Shown: positions 12,237 to 28,179 of the stretch, piece after piece
How positions within the stretch are numbered: the first letter of the stretch is position 1
Layout of the letters: each line of letters starts with the position of its first letter
Origin: Phyllobates terribilis
Lineage: Eukaryota
DNA: 64,000 nt
NCBI RefSeq assembly: GCF_046119375.1
Contig: NW_027362772.1
Span: 202,430,001 to 202,494,000, forward strand
Direction of reading: 5' to 3'
Program-made: the position numbers and the translations under genes
Notes under the pieces: model-generated
Told to the model about the DNA's origin: nothing
Seen by the model: the letters and a program-made list of their open reading frames with translations, nothing else
Database searches by the model: none

Positions 12237-13486
12237 GTAAGCTATGACACTCTTATGTGCAATTCTCTTATGTGTTACTTTTTATCCTGGTAACAGATTT
12301 TCAACATTATTTTTCTTACCAGTCTGAATAAAACCCAGTAAATCCACTCTATTTTCTGCCAAAAGTAGTCCAAATTGCAGATTTGTTCCCTGATAATAAT
12401 TCACTAAAGTGGTTTTCAGTTGTATGTAAATAAAGTCTAAGGGGGATTTCCATTTTTTAAAAATTGGTCTCCAAATGATTGAAGTCATGTAAAATAACAA
12501 TATCAGATAGTAATCACCCTCCCCAGGTCCGGCATAGACTCTTCACTGCTGTTTCTGTCTCACTGTTTTGGCTGCAGTGGTGCTATCTTGTCGACATCAC
12601 ACATCACTGCTGCAGCCAATCGCTAAGCTCAGTGGCTTGTACCATATACATTGGCAGAGTTATTGAGCGCAGTGATTAGCTGCTGCAATGATGAGAGCTG
12701 TCCGCATGGTGGCACCGCTGCCGCCAAAGTTTCAAAACAAAAACAGTTGTGGGAAATCTGTGCTGGAACTGGGGTGAGTGAATAGTATCTGATTTTACTA
12801 TTTTACATGAGTGCAACCATTTTGGGGCTACTTTATCCTTTCACCCAAAACCAGAGTAAAAACATGGTCCTGCTGTCCTTGTCCTTAACAAAAATGTAAA
12901 GGTGTTGTACAATCTTCTGTCTTCAATAGTGCACCGCTCCTCTGCCACCCGCCTTCCTGCTTTCTAGCGGGCGGAATGCTTATGAAAATTGACAGTTCAG
13001 ACTAGCGGTATGACTGAGCCACCGGCCCCAACTGAGTGCTCTCCCATTCTACAAGCAGAGGCAGCTTTCCATTCATCCTGCCAACTTCTGAGTGGTGCGG
13101 GTTCCTTTACTAAGAAACCTGTATTCATGAGGTTGCAAGGTGGCCGGTAACATAGGCAACAAGCTGTACACAATAGAATTATAAATCCCCCCATTCTTGA
13201 CAGAGAGGATTTTTAATAAGAAATAAATTACAAAGATGCAAAATTCCACCGTATCTAAAAACCGCTGTGGATATTCTACTTCTTTTTATGTTGCTAACTA
13301 ATAGGGTTTTCTAAAACCTTCACTTACTGTACATTGTACTGTACTTTCTTGTCTAATTTTAGTCTAATATTATACACCTGAAATTCCAAAATAAATGGAA
13401 AATGTGTAATCACAGTTTAAGACTATATAATTCACAGTAGTCTAATTGGTATAATTATTCATTATTCACATATTATTTTGTACAAG

Positions 13487-13623
13487 GTGTACGTGGCACA
13501 TTTCTGCTCACAGTTGAAGATGGAGGGGCTGCACAAAAGGCTGGTATCCCTCAAGGAGCTCGACTTCTTGAAGTTAACGGTGAAAGTATTGTGAGCTTTA
13601 CAATGAGTCAGCTCTCTAAAAAG
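13487..13623 (+). CDS. NHERF4: NHERF4/PDZD3 internal exon: PDZ2 core
   Basis: aag|GT acceptor, AAG|gtaaaa donor, 137 nt, phase 1 to 0. (G)[45 protein letters not shown] resembles the mammalian NHERF4 [20 protein letters not shown] motif as recalled. Splices in frame with the previous exon. Confidence 0.92.
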
Positions 13624-13719
13624 GTAAAATACTGAATAACATGACAGACAGAAAACATGAATTGCTGTACTAAGAAGAAGCAACAAAACTGATATGTTGT
13701 TGGTATTACATACAGTGTA

Positions 13720-15313
13720 CAGTGGGGAAAAAAAGTATTCAGTCAGCCATCAGTTGTGCAAGTTCTCCCACTTAAAAAGATGAGAGAGGCCTGTAATTGA
13801 CATCATAGGTAGACCTCAACTATGAGAGACAAAATGAGAAAACAAATCCTGAAAATCAGATTGTCTGATTTGGAAAGAATTTTTTTTCAAATTTTGGTGG
13901 AAAATAAGAATTTTGTCAATTACAAACAAGAAAGATTTCTGGCTCTCACAGATCTGTAACTTCTTCTTTAAGAGGCTCCTCTGTCCTCCACTCATTACCT
14001 GTAGTACCGGCACCTGTTTGAACTTGTTATCAGTATAAAAGACACCTAACCTCAAACAGTCGCACTCTAAACTCCACTATGGTGAAGACCAAAGAGCTGT
14101 TGAAGGACACCAGAAACAAAATTGTAGTCCTGCACCAGGCTGGGAAGATTGAATCTGCAATAGGCAAGCAGCTTGGTGTGAAGAAATCAACTGTGGGAGC
14201 AATAATTAGAAAATGGAAGACATACAAGACCACTGATAATCTCCCTGGATCTGGGGCTCCACACAAGATCTCACCCCGTGGGGTCAAAATTATCTCAAGA
14301 ACGGTGAGCAAAAATCCCAGAACCACACAGGGGACCAAGCGAATGACCTGCAGAGAGCTAGGACCAACGTTATACAGGCTACCATCAGTAACACACTACG
14401 CCGCCAGGCACTCAGATCCTGCAGTGCCAAACGTGTCCCCCAGATTAAGCCATTACATTTCCAGGCCTATCTAAAGTTTGCTAGAGAGCATTTGGATGAT
14501 CCAGAAGAGTATTGGGAGAATGTCATATAGTCAGATGAAACCAAAGTAGAACTGTTTGTTAGAAACACAACTCATCGTGTTTGGAGGAGAAAGAATGCTG
14601 AGTTGCATCCAAAGAACACCATACCTACTGTGAGGCATGGGGGTGGCAACATCATACTTTGGGGCTGTTTCTCTGCCAAGGGACCAGGACGACTGATCCA
14701 TGTACATGAAAGAATGAATGGGGCCATGTATCGTGAGATTTTGAGTGCAGACCTCCTTCCATCAGCAAGGGCATTGAATATGAAACGTGGCTGGGTCTTT
14801 CAGCATGACAATGATCCCAAACACACTGCCAGGGCAACGAAGGAGTGGCTTCGTCAGAAGCATTTCAAGGTCCTGGAGTGGCCTAGCCAGTCTCCAGATC
14901 TAAACCCTATAGAAAAGCTTTGGAGGGAGTTGAAAGTCCGTGTTGCCCAGCGACAGCCCCAAAACATCACTGCTCTAGAGGAGATCTGCATGGAGGAATG
15001 GGCCAACATACCAGCAACAGTGTGTGCCAATCTTGTGAAGACTTACAGAAAACGTTTGACCTCTGTCATTGCCAACACAGGAAATATAACAAAGTATTGA
15101 GAAGAACTTTTGTAATTGATCAAATACTTATTTTCCACCAAAATTTGAAAAAAATTTCTTCCCAAATCAGACAATGTGATTTTCAGGATTTGTTTTCTCA
15201 TTGTCTCTCATAATTGAGGTCTACCTATGATGTCAATTACAGGCCTCTCTCATCTTTTTAAGTGGGAGAACTTGCACAATTGGTGGCTGACTAAATACTT
15301 TTTTTCCCCACTG
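13720..15313 (+). mobile_element. Tc1 DD34E transposon, frameshifted transposase
   Basis: TA-flanked TIR CAGTGGGGAAAAAAAGTATT...TACTTTTTTTCCCCACTG. Transposase pieces 14079-14474 and 14603-15100. Starts 96 bp after the exon donor at 13623. Confidence 0.94.
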
Positions 15314-15398
15314 TATGTAATGTACCGGTGGTCAGCATTTTAGTTATAATCACTAAGGACTAAACAATACCCACATAATAGTTTTGGTGCTTTTCTTA

Positions 15399-15441
<43 letters not shown>
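15399..15441. repeat. (TA)n microsatellite
   Basis: Direct dinucleotide run next to a Tc1 TA target. Confidence 0.95.
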
Positions 15442-15447
<6 letters not shown>

Positions 15448-15451
15448 CATA

Positions 15452-17042
<1,591 letters not shown>

Positions 17043-17667
17043 TATATATATATATATACTGTGAAATAGGTTTTAACTTGATGCATGTATCAAACTTGCC
17101 ATACAGAGAATTTGTGTAGCCTGTTCAATATATGGACTATTGTGCTTCTCTATTTTTATGACGTGTATGTTTGTATTTCCTTATTCTCTGTAAAGTTAGC
17201 AATTAGTGATGAGCGAGCATGCTCGCTACTGCTCGGTGCTCGCCCGAGCATCTCACTGCTTGAGATGCTCGGCGCTCGCCGAGTATTTCCAAGTTGCTCG
17301 GGCGGGAACTCTGGTCCCCTCCCTGCATGTTTGGAGCTCTTTAGAGAGCCAATGAACATGCAGGAATTGCCTGCCATGCACTGTAATGCCGTAGCCATGT
17401 TGGTTGTGGGCATTACAGTGATTGGCTGGCCGCACAGAGTCACCTGGTCTATATCAGACCTGGCGCCGCCATGCTCGTCACAGTCACTCCGGAATCAGGC
17501 AGAGTAGGGAGAGCTGCTGCTGTGTCAGGGAGAGATTTGTTTGTGTATTAGGTAGTGTAGGGAGAAAAACTGTACATTACACATATCCATCTTAACTAAC
17601 AGTCCTTCTGAGGACTTATCCATCTGCAGAGATATCAGGCAGGCAGAGTGTGTAGGCAGGCAGTGTA

Positions 17668-19286
17668 CAGTACAGACCAAAAGTTTGGACACACCTTCTC
17701 ATTTAAAGATTTTTCTGTATTTTCATGACTTTGAAAATTGTACATTCACACTGAAGGCATCAAAACTATGAATTAACACATGTGGAATTATATACTTAAC
17801 AAAAAAGGGTGAAACCACTGAAAATATGTCTTATATTCTAGGTTCTTCAAAGTAGCCACCTTTTGCTTTGATGGCTTCTTTGCACACTCTTGGCATTCTC
17901 TTGATGAGCTTCAAGAGGTAGTCACTGGAAATGGTTTTCACTTCACAGGTGTGCCCTCTCAGGTTTAATAAGTGGGATTTCTTGCCTTATAAATGAGGTT
18001 GAGACCATCAGTTGTGTTGTGCAGAAGTCTGGTGGATACACAGCTGGTAGTCCTACTGAATAGACTGTTAGAATTTGTATTATTGCAAGAAAAAGCAGCT
18101 AAGTAAAGAAAAACGAGTGACCATCATTACTTTAAGGAATGAAGGTCAGTCAGTCCGAAAAATTGGGCAAACTTTCAAAGTGTCCCCAAGTGCAGTTGCA
18201 AAAACCATCAAGTGCTACAAAGAAACTGAGGACCACCCCAGGAAAGGAAGACCAAGAGTCACCTCTGCTTCTGAGGATAAGTTAATCCGAGTCACCAGCC
18301 TCAGAAATCGCAGGTTAACAGGAGCTCAGATTAAAGACTAGGTCAATGCCACACAGAGTTCTAGCAGCAGACACATCTCTTCAACAACTGTTAAGAGGAG
18401 ACTTTGTGCAGCAGGCCTTCATGGTAAAATAGCTGCTAGGAAACCACTGCTCAGGACAGGCGACAAGCAGAAGAGACTTGTTTGGGCTAAAGAACACAAG
18501 GAATGGACATTAGACCAGTGGAAATCTGTGCTTTGGTCTGATGAGTCAAAATTTGAGATCTTTGGTTCCAACCACCGTGTCTTTGAGCGACGCAGAAAAG
18601 GTGAACGGATGGACTCTACATGCCTGGTTCCCACCGTGAAGCATGGAGGAGGAGGTGTGATGGTGTGGGGGTACTTTGCTGGTGACACTGTTGGGGATTT
18701 AGTCAAAATTGAAGGCATACTAAACCAGCATGGCTACCACAGCATCTTGCAGCGGCATGCTATTCCATCCGGTTTGCGTTTAGTTGGACCATCATTTATT
18801 TTTCAACAGGACAATGACCCCAAACACACCTCCAGGCTGGGTAAGGGCAATTTGACCAAGAAGGAGAGTGATGGGGTGCTACGCCAGATGACCTGGCCTC
18901 CACAGTCACCAGACCTGAACCCAATCGAGATGGTTTGGGGTGAGCTGGACCGCAGAGTGAAGGCAAAAGGGCCAACAAGTGCTAAGCATCTCTGGGAACT
19001 CCTTCAAGATTGTTGGAAGACCATTTCCGGTGACTACCTCTTGAAGCTCATCAAGAGAATGCCAAGAGTGTGCAAAGCAGTCATCAAAGCAAAAGGTGGC
19101 TACTTTGAAGAACCTAGAATATAAGACACATTTTCAGTTGTTTCACACTTTTTGTTAAGTATATAATTCCACATGTGTTAATTCATAGTTTTGATGCCTT
19201 CAGTGTGAATGTACAATTTTCAAAGTCATGAAAATACAGAAAAATGTTTAAATGAGAAGGTGTGTCCAAACTTTTGGTCTGTACTG
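17668..19286 (+). mobile_element. Tc1-superfamily DD38E (Intruder-type) transposon, copy 3, nested in the hAT element
   Basis: Same TIR family. Start codon mutated to TTG, 9-nt deletion (GSH lost), TAG at 18339-18341. C-terminal ORF 18528-19124 has DD38E spacing. Right flank reads CA rather than TA. Confidence 0.93.
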
Positions 19287-19779
19287 CATATAGCAGACTG
19301 CAGTGCATATAGCACAAGAGGCTGCATTCCAATTCTGCCTTCTGCTGCTGTTAGATATTTCTATACAAAGGCCCAGGTCTCAGATGCCAGGAATACTTTT
19401 CTTTGGTTCTTAATCCTCATTATTTTCTTAAAATGCAATCCAGAGGACACCATTTTTTCTGTGCAATTTGCTTGTTGGCACTGCAAAATACAGCCAGGTC
19501 CTTTCCATATTAGAGCGCTAGAAGCAGCTATTTAAAACTGTGTTTTCTCCTTCAAACGGATCATATATACGTTGTCAGAAAATACTGCCATTTCTGGCCT
19601 CCATTAAAAATTTCCTTTAGTGTGTCATTGAAGCAATTCATCGCAGTTTGCTATTCAACCTACTTATCTACAGGCCAGGTATTTAAAACTGTGTTTTCTC
19701 TATCACACAGATCACATATAAGTTCGCTCCAAACTCAGTCATTTGTAGTGAGCGTGGAAAATACTGTCCTCCATTTAAA

Positions 19780-22700
19780 ATGGGCAAGGCACGTGGCAAG
19801 GGACGGGGAACTGGACGTGATGGTAATGGTGCATGCAGAGGCCGAGGCCAAGGCCGTGGGCAAGCCGAAATTGTGCCACAACAAACACCCACATCTTCTC
19901 GCCTGACCTTCCTGTCCCAATTTCTAGGGGACCACAGCACACCACTATTGAACCCAGAGCAGTGTCAAAAGGTTGTTGGTTGGATAGCGGATAATGCTTC
20001 CAGTCACTTAGCCACCACCACCACCACCACCCTGTCTTCCATATGGTCAAGTCTCAGTAGCCGTGAGTCTGGACTGCATATTCCTCACCCTGATTCTCCT
20101 TCCTCCCACCATGTCGAGTACCCAGAGACAACTGATCCCACACTTGGACACTCTGAAGAGCTTTTTTCCATTTATAGATTCGGGCCTCTCACCCGGTCCA
20201 CTTGAAGCGGGGCAAGAGGAGATCACGTGTAGCGATGCCCAAATATTTGAGCAGCCACGGTCACACGAAGGCGATGGTGGGAAAGTGTCACAAGAGGTGG
20301 ACGATGATGAGACACAATTGCCAGAAAGTCAGGTGGAGGACCAGGGTGCGGATGTGGAAGACGAGGTGGTGGATGATATAGTAACTGACCCAACCTGGCA
20401 GAAGGACATGCAGAGCGAGGACAGCAGCACACAGGGGGAGGGAGGCAGAGCACCACAACAGGCAGGAAGAAGCAGTGTGGTGGCCGCAGACAGAAGGCAG
20501 GCAACTGTTCCCCGTAACACCTACACGAAGGAAGTTGCCAGTACAACTGTTAGGTCTTCCCGAGTCTGGTTGTTTTTTAAAGACTCTGCCGATAACCCCA
20601 AAAAGGCCATTTGCACCACATGCCAGGCCAGCATCAGCAGGGGTGGCAAAACGACCAGCCTGACCACCACCATCATGATCAGGCACAGGCACATGGCAGC
20701 AAAGCACCCGACTTTGTGGGCCGAACCCCAGGGTCCAGGAACAGTGTCTGCGGGTGGCACCATTGCTTTTTCCGCTGTTGTGCATGCAAGCCAATCATCT
20801 GTCCATGGTGCATGCGAAGACGCCTCCTGCCCTGCACCTGTCGTTGCACACTCTCAAGTAGCAGCATCAGGAAGCCCAACCATGTGTTTGTCCCAGCGCA
20901 GCGTTCAGTTGTCCATACCCCAGTCCTTGGAGTGCAAGCGCAAATATGCAGCCAACGCCCCACAGGCCACACTACTAAATTCTCACATTTCACGACTGCT
21001 TGCACTCAAAATGTTGCCTTTTAGGCTCGTGGAGGCGGAAGCATTACGCAACCTGATGGCGGCGGCCGTCCCTCTGTACTCGGTCCCCAGCCGCCACTAT
21101 TTCTCCCGGTGTGCCGTGCCCGCATTACACAAGCATATGTCCCAAAACATTAGCCGTGCTCTCAACAACGCAGTTACCAGTAAAGTCCATCTAACCATGG
21201 ACATGTAGACAAGTGCTTGTGGGCAGGGACGGTACATCTCGCTGACGGCACACTGGGTTAACATAGTGGAAGCCGGGACCCAGTCGGACCTTGGGACGGA
21301 TCACGTCCTCCCGACGCCAAGGATTGCGGGCCCTAGGTCAATCAGGTTTGCCCCCACGGTCTACAGCTCCTGCACTTCATCCTCCTCCTCCTCTTCAGCC
21401 TCCATCTCCGAAATGACCACATCAGTCGCAAGCTGGAAGCACTGCAGCACTGCCTCGGCCAAGCGGCAACAGGCTGTGCTGAAGCTAATATGCTTAGGTG
21501 AAAAACCGCACAATGCTGAAGAGTTGTGGACAGCTGTGAAAGAGCAGGCAGATCTGTGGCTCACACCGCTGAACCTACAGCCAGGCATGGTCGTGTGTGA
21601 CAATGGCGGGAACCTGGTGGCGGCTCTGAGGCAAGGCGAGCTCACACACGCACCATGTCTGGCCCTTGTGCTTAACCTCATGGTTCAGCGGTTTCTCAAA
21701 TCCTACCCGGAGCTGCCGGATCTGCTTGTTAAAGTACGCCGCCTGTGTTCCCATTTTAGAAAGTCAGCTACAGCTTCCGCCGCCCTTGCAGTGTTTCAGC
21801 AGCATTTGCAGCTTCCGGCGCACAGACTGGTGTGTGATGTCCCCACGCATTGGAACTCTACACTGCAGATGTTGGGAAGGATTTGTGAGCAGAAAAGGGC
21901 AGTTGTTGAGTACCAGCATCAACAAGGCCGTCGGTATTCAGTTCAGACTCCACACATAAGACCTCAGGAGTGGACATGGATGTCAGACATATGTACCATC
22001 CCCCAAAACTTTGAGGACTCCACCAAGATGGTGAGCGGCGATGACGCCATAATTAACGTCACCATCCCTCTTCTCTGTCTTCTGAAACGCTCTCTGCTCA
22101 CAATCAAAGAGGATGCATTGCAGGCGGAGCACGATGAGATGGAGCAAGGAACCATACAGAGTGATTCCACACAGCCCAGCCTTATCTCATCCCAACGTGG
22201 ATTGGGTGATAATGAGGAAGAGGAGGAGGAGGAGGAAGGAGAGGAGCTAGTTTCAAGCACTATAGAAGGTACTACCTGCACAGCTGTCATACCGTCTGTT
22301 CAGCGTGGATGGCCAGAGGACAGAAAGGAGGAGGAGGAAGAGGAGGAGAGCATGGTCAGTCATCCTCTTGGTGAGGACACGGAAGTCTTGCCTGTTAGTG
22401 GTCTGGCACGCATGGCTGAGTTTATGTTATGCTGCCTTTCCATGACCCTCGCGTTCTCAAAATTTTGGGTGACAGTCATTGCTGGTTGGTGACACTTCTA
22501 GACCCACGCTACAAGGAGAACTTTATATCTCTTATTCCTGAGGCGGACAGGTCTACAAAAATGGGGCAGTACCAGAAGGCCCTTGTTGCGGAACTATTAA
22601 AAAAATTCTCATCTGAAAACGCTGGCGGCAGAGGGCACACTTCGTTGGACAACCAAGGAGTACAGGCGAGAGAGACACAAATTCAATCCGGCAGAGGCAG

Positions 22701-23085
22701 GGGAACACTGTCAAGGTTCTGGGAGCGTTTTCTCAGACCCTCCCATCGCACAGGCCCTGAGGTGCAGGGTACAGTACTTTCACAAGGAGTGCAAAGTTTG
22801 GGAAGATGCTGAGGGAGTACCTTGCCGACCGTACCAATGTCCTCCGTAATTCCTCTGTGCCTTATAATTATTGGGTATCCAAGCTGGATATGTGGAATGA
22901 ACTGGCTCTCTATGCCTTGGAGGTCCTGGCCTGCCCTGCCGCCAGCGTTTTATCAGTGCGGGTTTTTAGTCCCGCTGATGGAACTATAGCTGATAAGCGC
23001 ATCTGCCTGTCAACTGGAAATGCTGACAGGCTGACTCTTATAAAAATTAACAAGGGCTGGATTGGGCCAGACTTCTCAACACCAC
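19780..23085 (+). pseudogene. hAT transposase pseudogene (RG-rich N-terminus, BED zinc finger, DDE core, C-terminal dimerization domain)
   Basis: VWLFFKDSADNPKKAICTTCQASISRGG...HMAAKHP (BED). VHLTMDM*TSACGQGRYISLTAHWV (first catalytic D region). LVCDVPTHWNSTLQML. YWVSKLDMWNELALYALEVLACPAASVLSVRVFS (dimerization). Several stops and frameshifts. Confidence 0.92.
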
Positions 23086-24899
23086 CCGGCCACTGCCGGT
23101 ATGAGGTTGTGAAAAGCTTCCGCCTCCACGAGCCTAAAAGGCCACATTTCCAGTGCAAGCAGCTGTCAAAAATTTGGCTGTATAGTATTGCAGCCTGTGG
23201 GTGGGTGGCTGGCTGCATACTTGCGCTTGCATTCAAAGGAATGGGGTAGGGACAACTGAACGCTGCAGTGGGACCAGGACGTGAACGGTGATTGTTGCAA
23301 GTCTGCAACGACAGGTGCATGGTTGGAGGCATCTTCGCATGCGCCAAGGATCACTTATGATGGGCACACTTTTAGGCAGTGACCTGGGAGTTAGAGATGC
23401 TTCCAGAGGTCATCCCCATGCTGTTCCCATGACTTTTCTGCACTGTATGCATGTGTCTGATGATGTGTCACACACCACATGGCCAGAAAAGGTTGTAAAA
23501 TGACATTTCCTGGTGAATGCGTTTGTCTTGGTTGAAAGCAATTCAAAAGTGCAAAAGCGCATCAAAAACGCTCCGTGTGAACATAGCCCAAGTTGTGGAG
23601 GAGTATTTTTTGTTTTTGGTTATTTATTTTGCCTTATATACAAGTCATTACCCTGGAAAGGATGTTCCTTAATATATTTCCCAGGAAAATCCATTTTGGT
23701 TTCGTTTTTGTATGTTTTATTGTGAGTCCGTAAAAGTGGCGTAATACTCTGACCACGTTGCTGACAGCAGTGATCTGGGAGTCAGAAATGTTTCCAGGGG
23801 TCTTCCCCATGCTGTTCCCATGTCATTTGAGCACTGTTCCCATTGATTTGGGCAATTTTTAGGCTTTCTACAGACGGCTGGGGGTGCCGCCTGAAAAATG
23901 CTCGAGTTTCCCATAGACTTACATTGGGCTCGTTGCTCGGGTCGAACACCCGAGTATTCCAATTTGCTCGACCCGAGCAACGAGTACCCGAGCATTTTAG
24001 TGCTTGCTCATCACTGTTAGCAATGTAAAAGTTAGTAGCTGGAAAATAGGGTCCTGTGGAAGCAGTGAAACGTGTACTAGAGATGAGCGGATCAATCTGG
24101 AGAGGATCGAATTAGTTGAATTTCTTCTAATCCATGGTTCCACACAAATTTAAACAATCTGCAATAAGATTTGTAAGGATCTGCACAAAAAAAAGTGCTC
24201 AGCGCCATTTCACATATGCTGGACACTCAGTAAGTGGGGTAATATAGTCTGGAGCGGCAGCGCGGGCTTCCCCATAATGCCCTGCAGTTATGTGATCACA
24301 TGGTGCAGCACAGCCTATCAGGGGGCTATCACAAGCAGTATAAAGCATAGGGGTCAGCTAAGGAACACCATTTTATGCCTGTACTGTGTAGGGATAGGCA
24401 CTCAGAGCACACAGCATACAGATATATAAAGGCCTAATATGATTGTGGTGTCCTACTTCAGTGCTGAAAAATGGGAGTGATAGTCTCCATCTGTGAACAG
24501 AAATTACAAGATTCAAGTGAAAATACAGTGAACTGTTGTAGTGTCTCATCATCCCCACTCAGTGTGTGACTGTGAGTAATTACATCATTGAAAATTTTGC
24601 AACTAAATCCAAAAATCCAAATTCTGAATTCAAGGATTATTTCTGTTTGTTTGTAATTGAAAATGCACTTTCTATGTTTTGAGAGGCACCATTTTCTCTT
24701 TTTTGAAAAAAAATAAATCTTTCCTAATTCTGAAACTTAAACACAAGTTTTTACCCATCAGCATGTGCTCGTTGTTTAAAATAATTTTTGAGCCTCCTTC
24801 ATTGCTCGTCTAATATTAGACAAGTATACATGCCACCTGAAAACAGCGGCCAATTGCAAATGCTTGCTTTTGAGACTTGATTCTACGTAGATTTCCTGG

Positions 24900-25560
24900 A
24901 CCCATCCTATTTCTTAAAGGCACGTGGACTTTTTATTTTTGTTTACGTTTTTTTTTAAAGAGAAAACTGCTCTACATAACGTACACCCCATGGCCATAAT
25001 GCCATTGTTGCCACATATGTGTTACCAGTTGCGAGCCTACATGTAGCAACTTTTCATTTGGATTGAACATCATTATTTTTAAGAGAAAAAAAGAGGTTAA
25101 GATTTTGCAACCCTTCACATAGTCATGGCAGACTCTTCTTCTGAGACCAGACAACCCTTTTAATGGCACATGGTGTTCCTGGATCTTCTGACCCCCAGGA
25201 AACTATGTTAAAGTAACATGAGTTATTTGTCTACCAGAGCACTGTCGAATGAGGTTGCCGTTCTTAGTAAATATCTTCTAAGACCTCCTTTTTATTGAGA
25301 ACTGTCTTTTGTATTTAATGTTGGAATTCAATTTAAAGGAGTTTTTCCACGATTCTACATTATTTCCTGCCCACAAGGTATGTATTTGACTGTTGGGGAC
25401 CCCAGATTTTATACAATTTCTTCCACATGCTGAAGAGAACATTGAAAATTGACCAGGGCTGCAGATCTGCCAATGATACTTACGCTTTAGAGAATCTCAT
25501 TGGAACCTAAATACATATCCATATTAGTAACTTATCCCTTACTCATATTATTTTATTTGC
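24900..25560 (-). mobile_element. Possible old L1/Tx1-like LINE RT fragment
   Basis: Heavily degraded minus-strand translation with YLG and LWAG-like motifs in the order expected for the distal part of L1 RT. Many stops. Confidence 0.3.
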
Positions 25561-26107
25561 AGCTTGTTTCTTTGTTAAGAATGACAACTTAATCCAAATT
25601 AGCGTGCCCAGTGCACATTTGGCATGGCCTAGCGCCTCAGTGCACTATTCCGCTCTTACTAGTTGCATGCCTCCATCTTCCTTTCTTCTGATTGACAGCG
25701 CTCTGCATTGCCTGAGCTAGTTGTGTCTGTAATTAAAAGCGTGTTCATGTGAGTGTGCTCTTGCACACAAGTAATGTCTCCCTACACAACATCAGGAAAC
25801 AGGACTGTATTCGAGCAAGCACATGTATGAATGCACTTTCAGTCATAGACAGCGCACACTTGGGTAATGCAATATCTATCAGTCAGAAAAAATGGACAGA
25901 AATAATCTCCTAATAAACTAAAGGAACAATTTTTATAAGGGGCGAATACCCTTCTAAAGATTATGCAATTTGCGACTGACAGACTCCTTTTAATGTGCAT
26001 TTGACTCTGTTCTATGTTCAGAGCGTTACGCAGAAGTTGTTGTAATATGTTGTATGATTGTAATATGTCAATGTGAACATAACCTAAATGTGTTTTGTTC
26101 TTTATAG

Positions 26108-26309
26108 TTACATCAAAGTGGCTCTCGAGTAGTCCTCCTAGTTCTGGAATCGTCTGCATGGGAGATTTATGAGTCTCATGGAGTGACACCAAACATAGCA
26201 TTCGCTGATACATCTTCCTTACCATACCAGCCACGAAAGCTTCACTTGGTGAGATGCCCACAGGGATATGGGTTCCTTTTAAGGCAAGAGAAGTGTTTAG
26301 GAGGACATG
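26108..26309 (+). CDS. NHERF4: NHERF4/PDZD3 internal exon: end of PDZ2, start of PDZ3
   Basis: atag|TTA acceptor, G|gtaagc donor, 202 nt, phase 0 to 1. LHQSGSRVVLLVLESSAWEIYESHGVTPNIAFADTSSLPYQPRKLHLVRCPQGYGFLLRQEKCLGGH(G). Confidence 0.93.
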
Positions 26310-28179
26310 GTAAGCATTTTGATGTGAAGAAACAACTGCAAATAGACAACGAACAGAGAAAACACAGCAGATAGCTTGTACATTATGTATATGCCCCTTC
26401 TAATGGAAAAAGCTGTATATTGAGGCCACTTTTTTTTAGGTAGGTGATCATCTGGGTTATAATATGGCCATATGTTTCAACCAGCACGTACCACTTTAGG
26501 TTGATATTCTGAAAACGTATCGCAAGTGACAGGGCCGCCATAACAAGTATGAACACTATCTACTTACAGAATTTTTTAAATGTTTCTAGCTAAAAAATTA
26601 TGATACAACAAAAAAAAAAATCAGTAATTGTGGGAGAACTTCTTAAAAAGGGATTGTTTTGCTTTGCAGAAATGTAACCATAATGAACGTTGGGCTTGCT
26701 GGCATACTTAGGCCCTGGAAACTATGGAGGAGGGTCAACAAGATCTATTCGGCTCATATGGGAAAACAAATATTAATAAAGACCCACTATATATGGGGCC
26801 CTGTTGGAAATTTTGCATTGGAGACAAATGTCAAGTTACGTCACTGCTGCTTTGGACAATATTTGTTAGACTGCTAAGCTGATCACAGTGAATCCCATAG
26901 CTGAAGCCCCCAGAGACCAGTTCCAATTTGTGGCTAAATCTGTAGAAAGTCTTTAATTTCCCTGCAATATCATCATGGGGGTAAAGAGGCATCATACATT
27001 TCCTATTCAAATCAATAGACTCCCATACAATGAACGAATGTACAGGATGTCTAAGAGATGAGAGCAGACCTGAACTGACCATCAGGCTGATTGGGCAAAT
27101 TCCAGGTGGGCGGCACTGCGTAAAGCCACAGTTGGCCACTTGCTACAACCCCCACCTCTCTTGATCCATCTACTGTTGTTAATGTCATGCAAACAGATAA
27201 GTCTTGCAGCACACAAGGTTCTGCCTTTATGTATAACTCTGGCCATCAAATGTTCTGTGGAGGCCGAATTAAGGCTGCTCCAGTCCTCATTGTTCGTATC
27301 TCATCTCCTGTGTGCCCTGTGGACTCTGCCTGTAGTTAGTGCAGCCAGAGAAACTGCTCTCTGACTGTGTATATCCGATGCAGCTTCACAGAACTTCAGG
27401 AGGTGACCAAGTGTATGTGCACACGATCAGTAAACGCTGTAGATTGGATGTAGCGCACTTGCCCTGCGTGCAAACTGCAGTGTTCTACATTACAAGCAAA
27501 GTGGATGGGATTTCAAGAAATCTCATGCCCACTATGCGTCCCCGTGCACCTGCGGATCACCTGCGGACACGGACATGCAGCGCGTCTTTCCAGACCACAG
27601 CATGTCAATTTCTCTTGCAGAGTCGCTAGTCTCCGCAAGAGAAATTAGATCACTAAAATGTATTGATTGCATTGAATCTGCTTGGTTCAATGAACACATG
27701 TGGATTCACCTGCATGCAGCGCTTTGGACCGTGTGCACATAGCCTTAAAGCGCATCTGTCAGCAAGATTGTGCTCAGTAAGCCACATACTCTGTCAGGTG
27801 GGCGACATTACACTGATTAATATGATACCTTGGTTGATGAAATCCATCCTGTGGTTCTTGTGTAATCTTTACTTTCAGTTTGGAGATAATGATATGCTCG
27901 TGCTTTGGGGCGGCCTATGGGGGGTGCTGTATCTGGTGCTCTGCTTGCATATTCATCTGTATGCTTTTATGACAGCTCACTGATCATTCACTGACCTGCC
28001 TCGTATTTTACCTACCCCGCACTACTAGATGCATTATGTAAGATAGGAGGCAGGTCAATGAAGGCACAGTGACCTGTCATAAGAGCATAAGGAAGTCTCT
28101 TTCAACGCTACATATTTTCTTTTCCCTATTAATACCAGAACGTTTGCAGGCATATATACCTAATTTAAAATGTGCAAGG

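Larger units (their letters stand above)
17204..24016 (+). mobile_element. hAT superfamily transposon (ZBED-like transposase pseudogene) with nested Intruder copy
   Basis: TIRs TAGTGATGAGCGAGCA / TGCTTGCTCATCACTG and a perfect 8-bp TSD TTAGCAAT (17196-17203 and 24017-24024). Confidence 0.93.
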
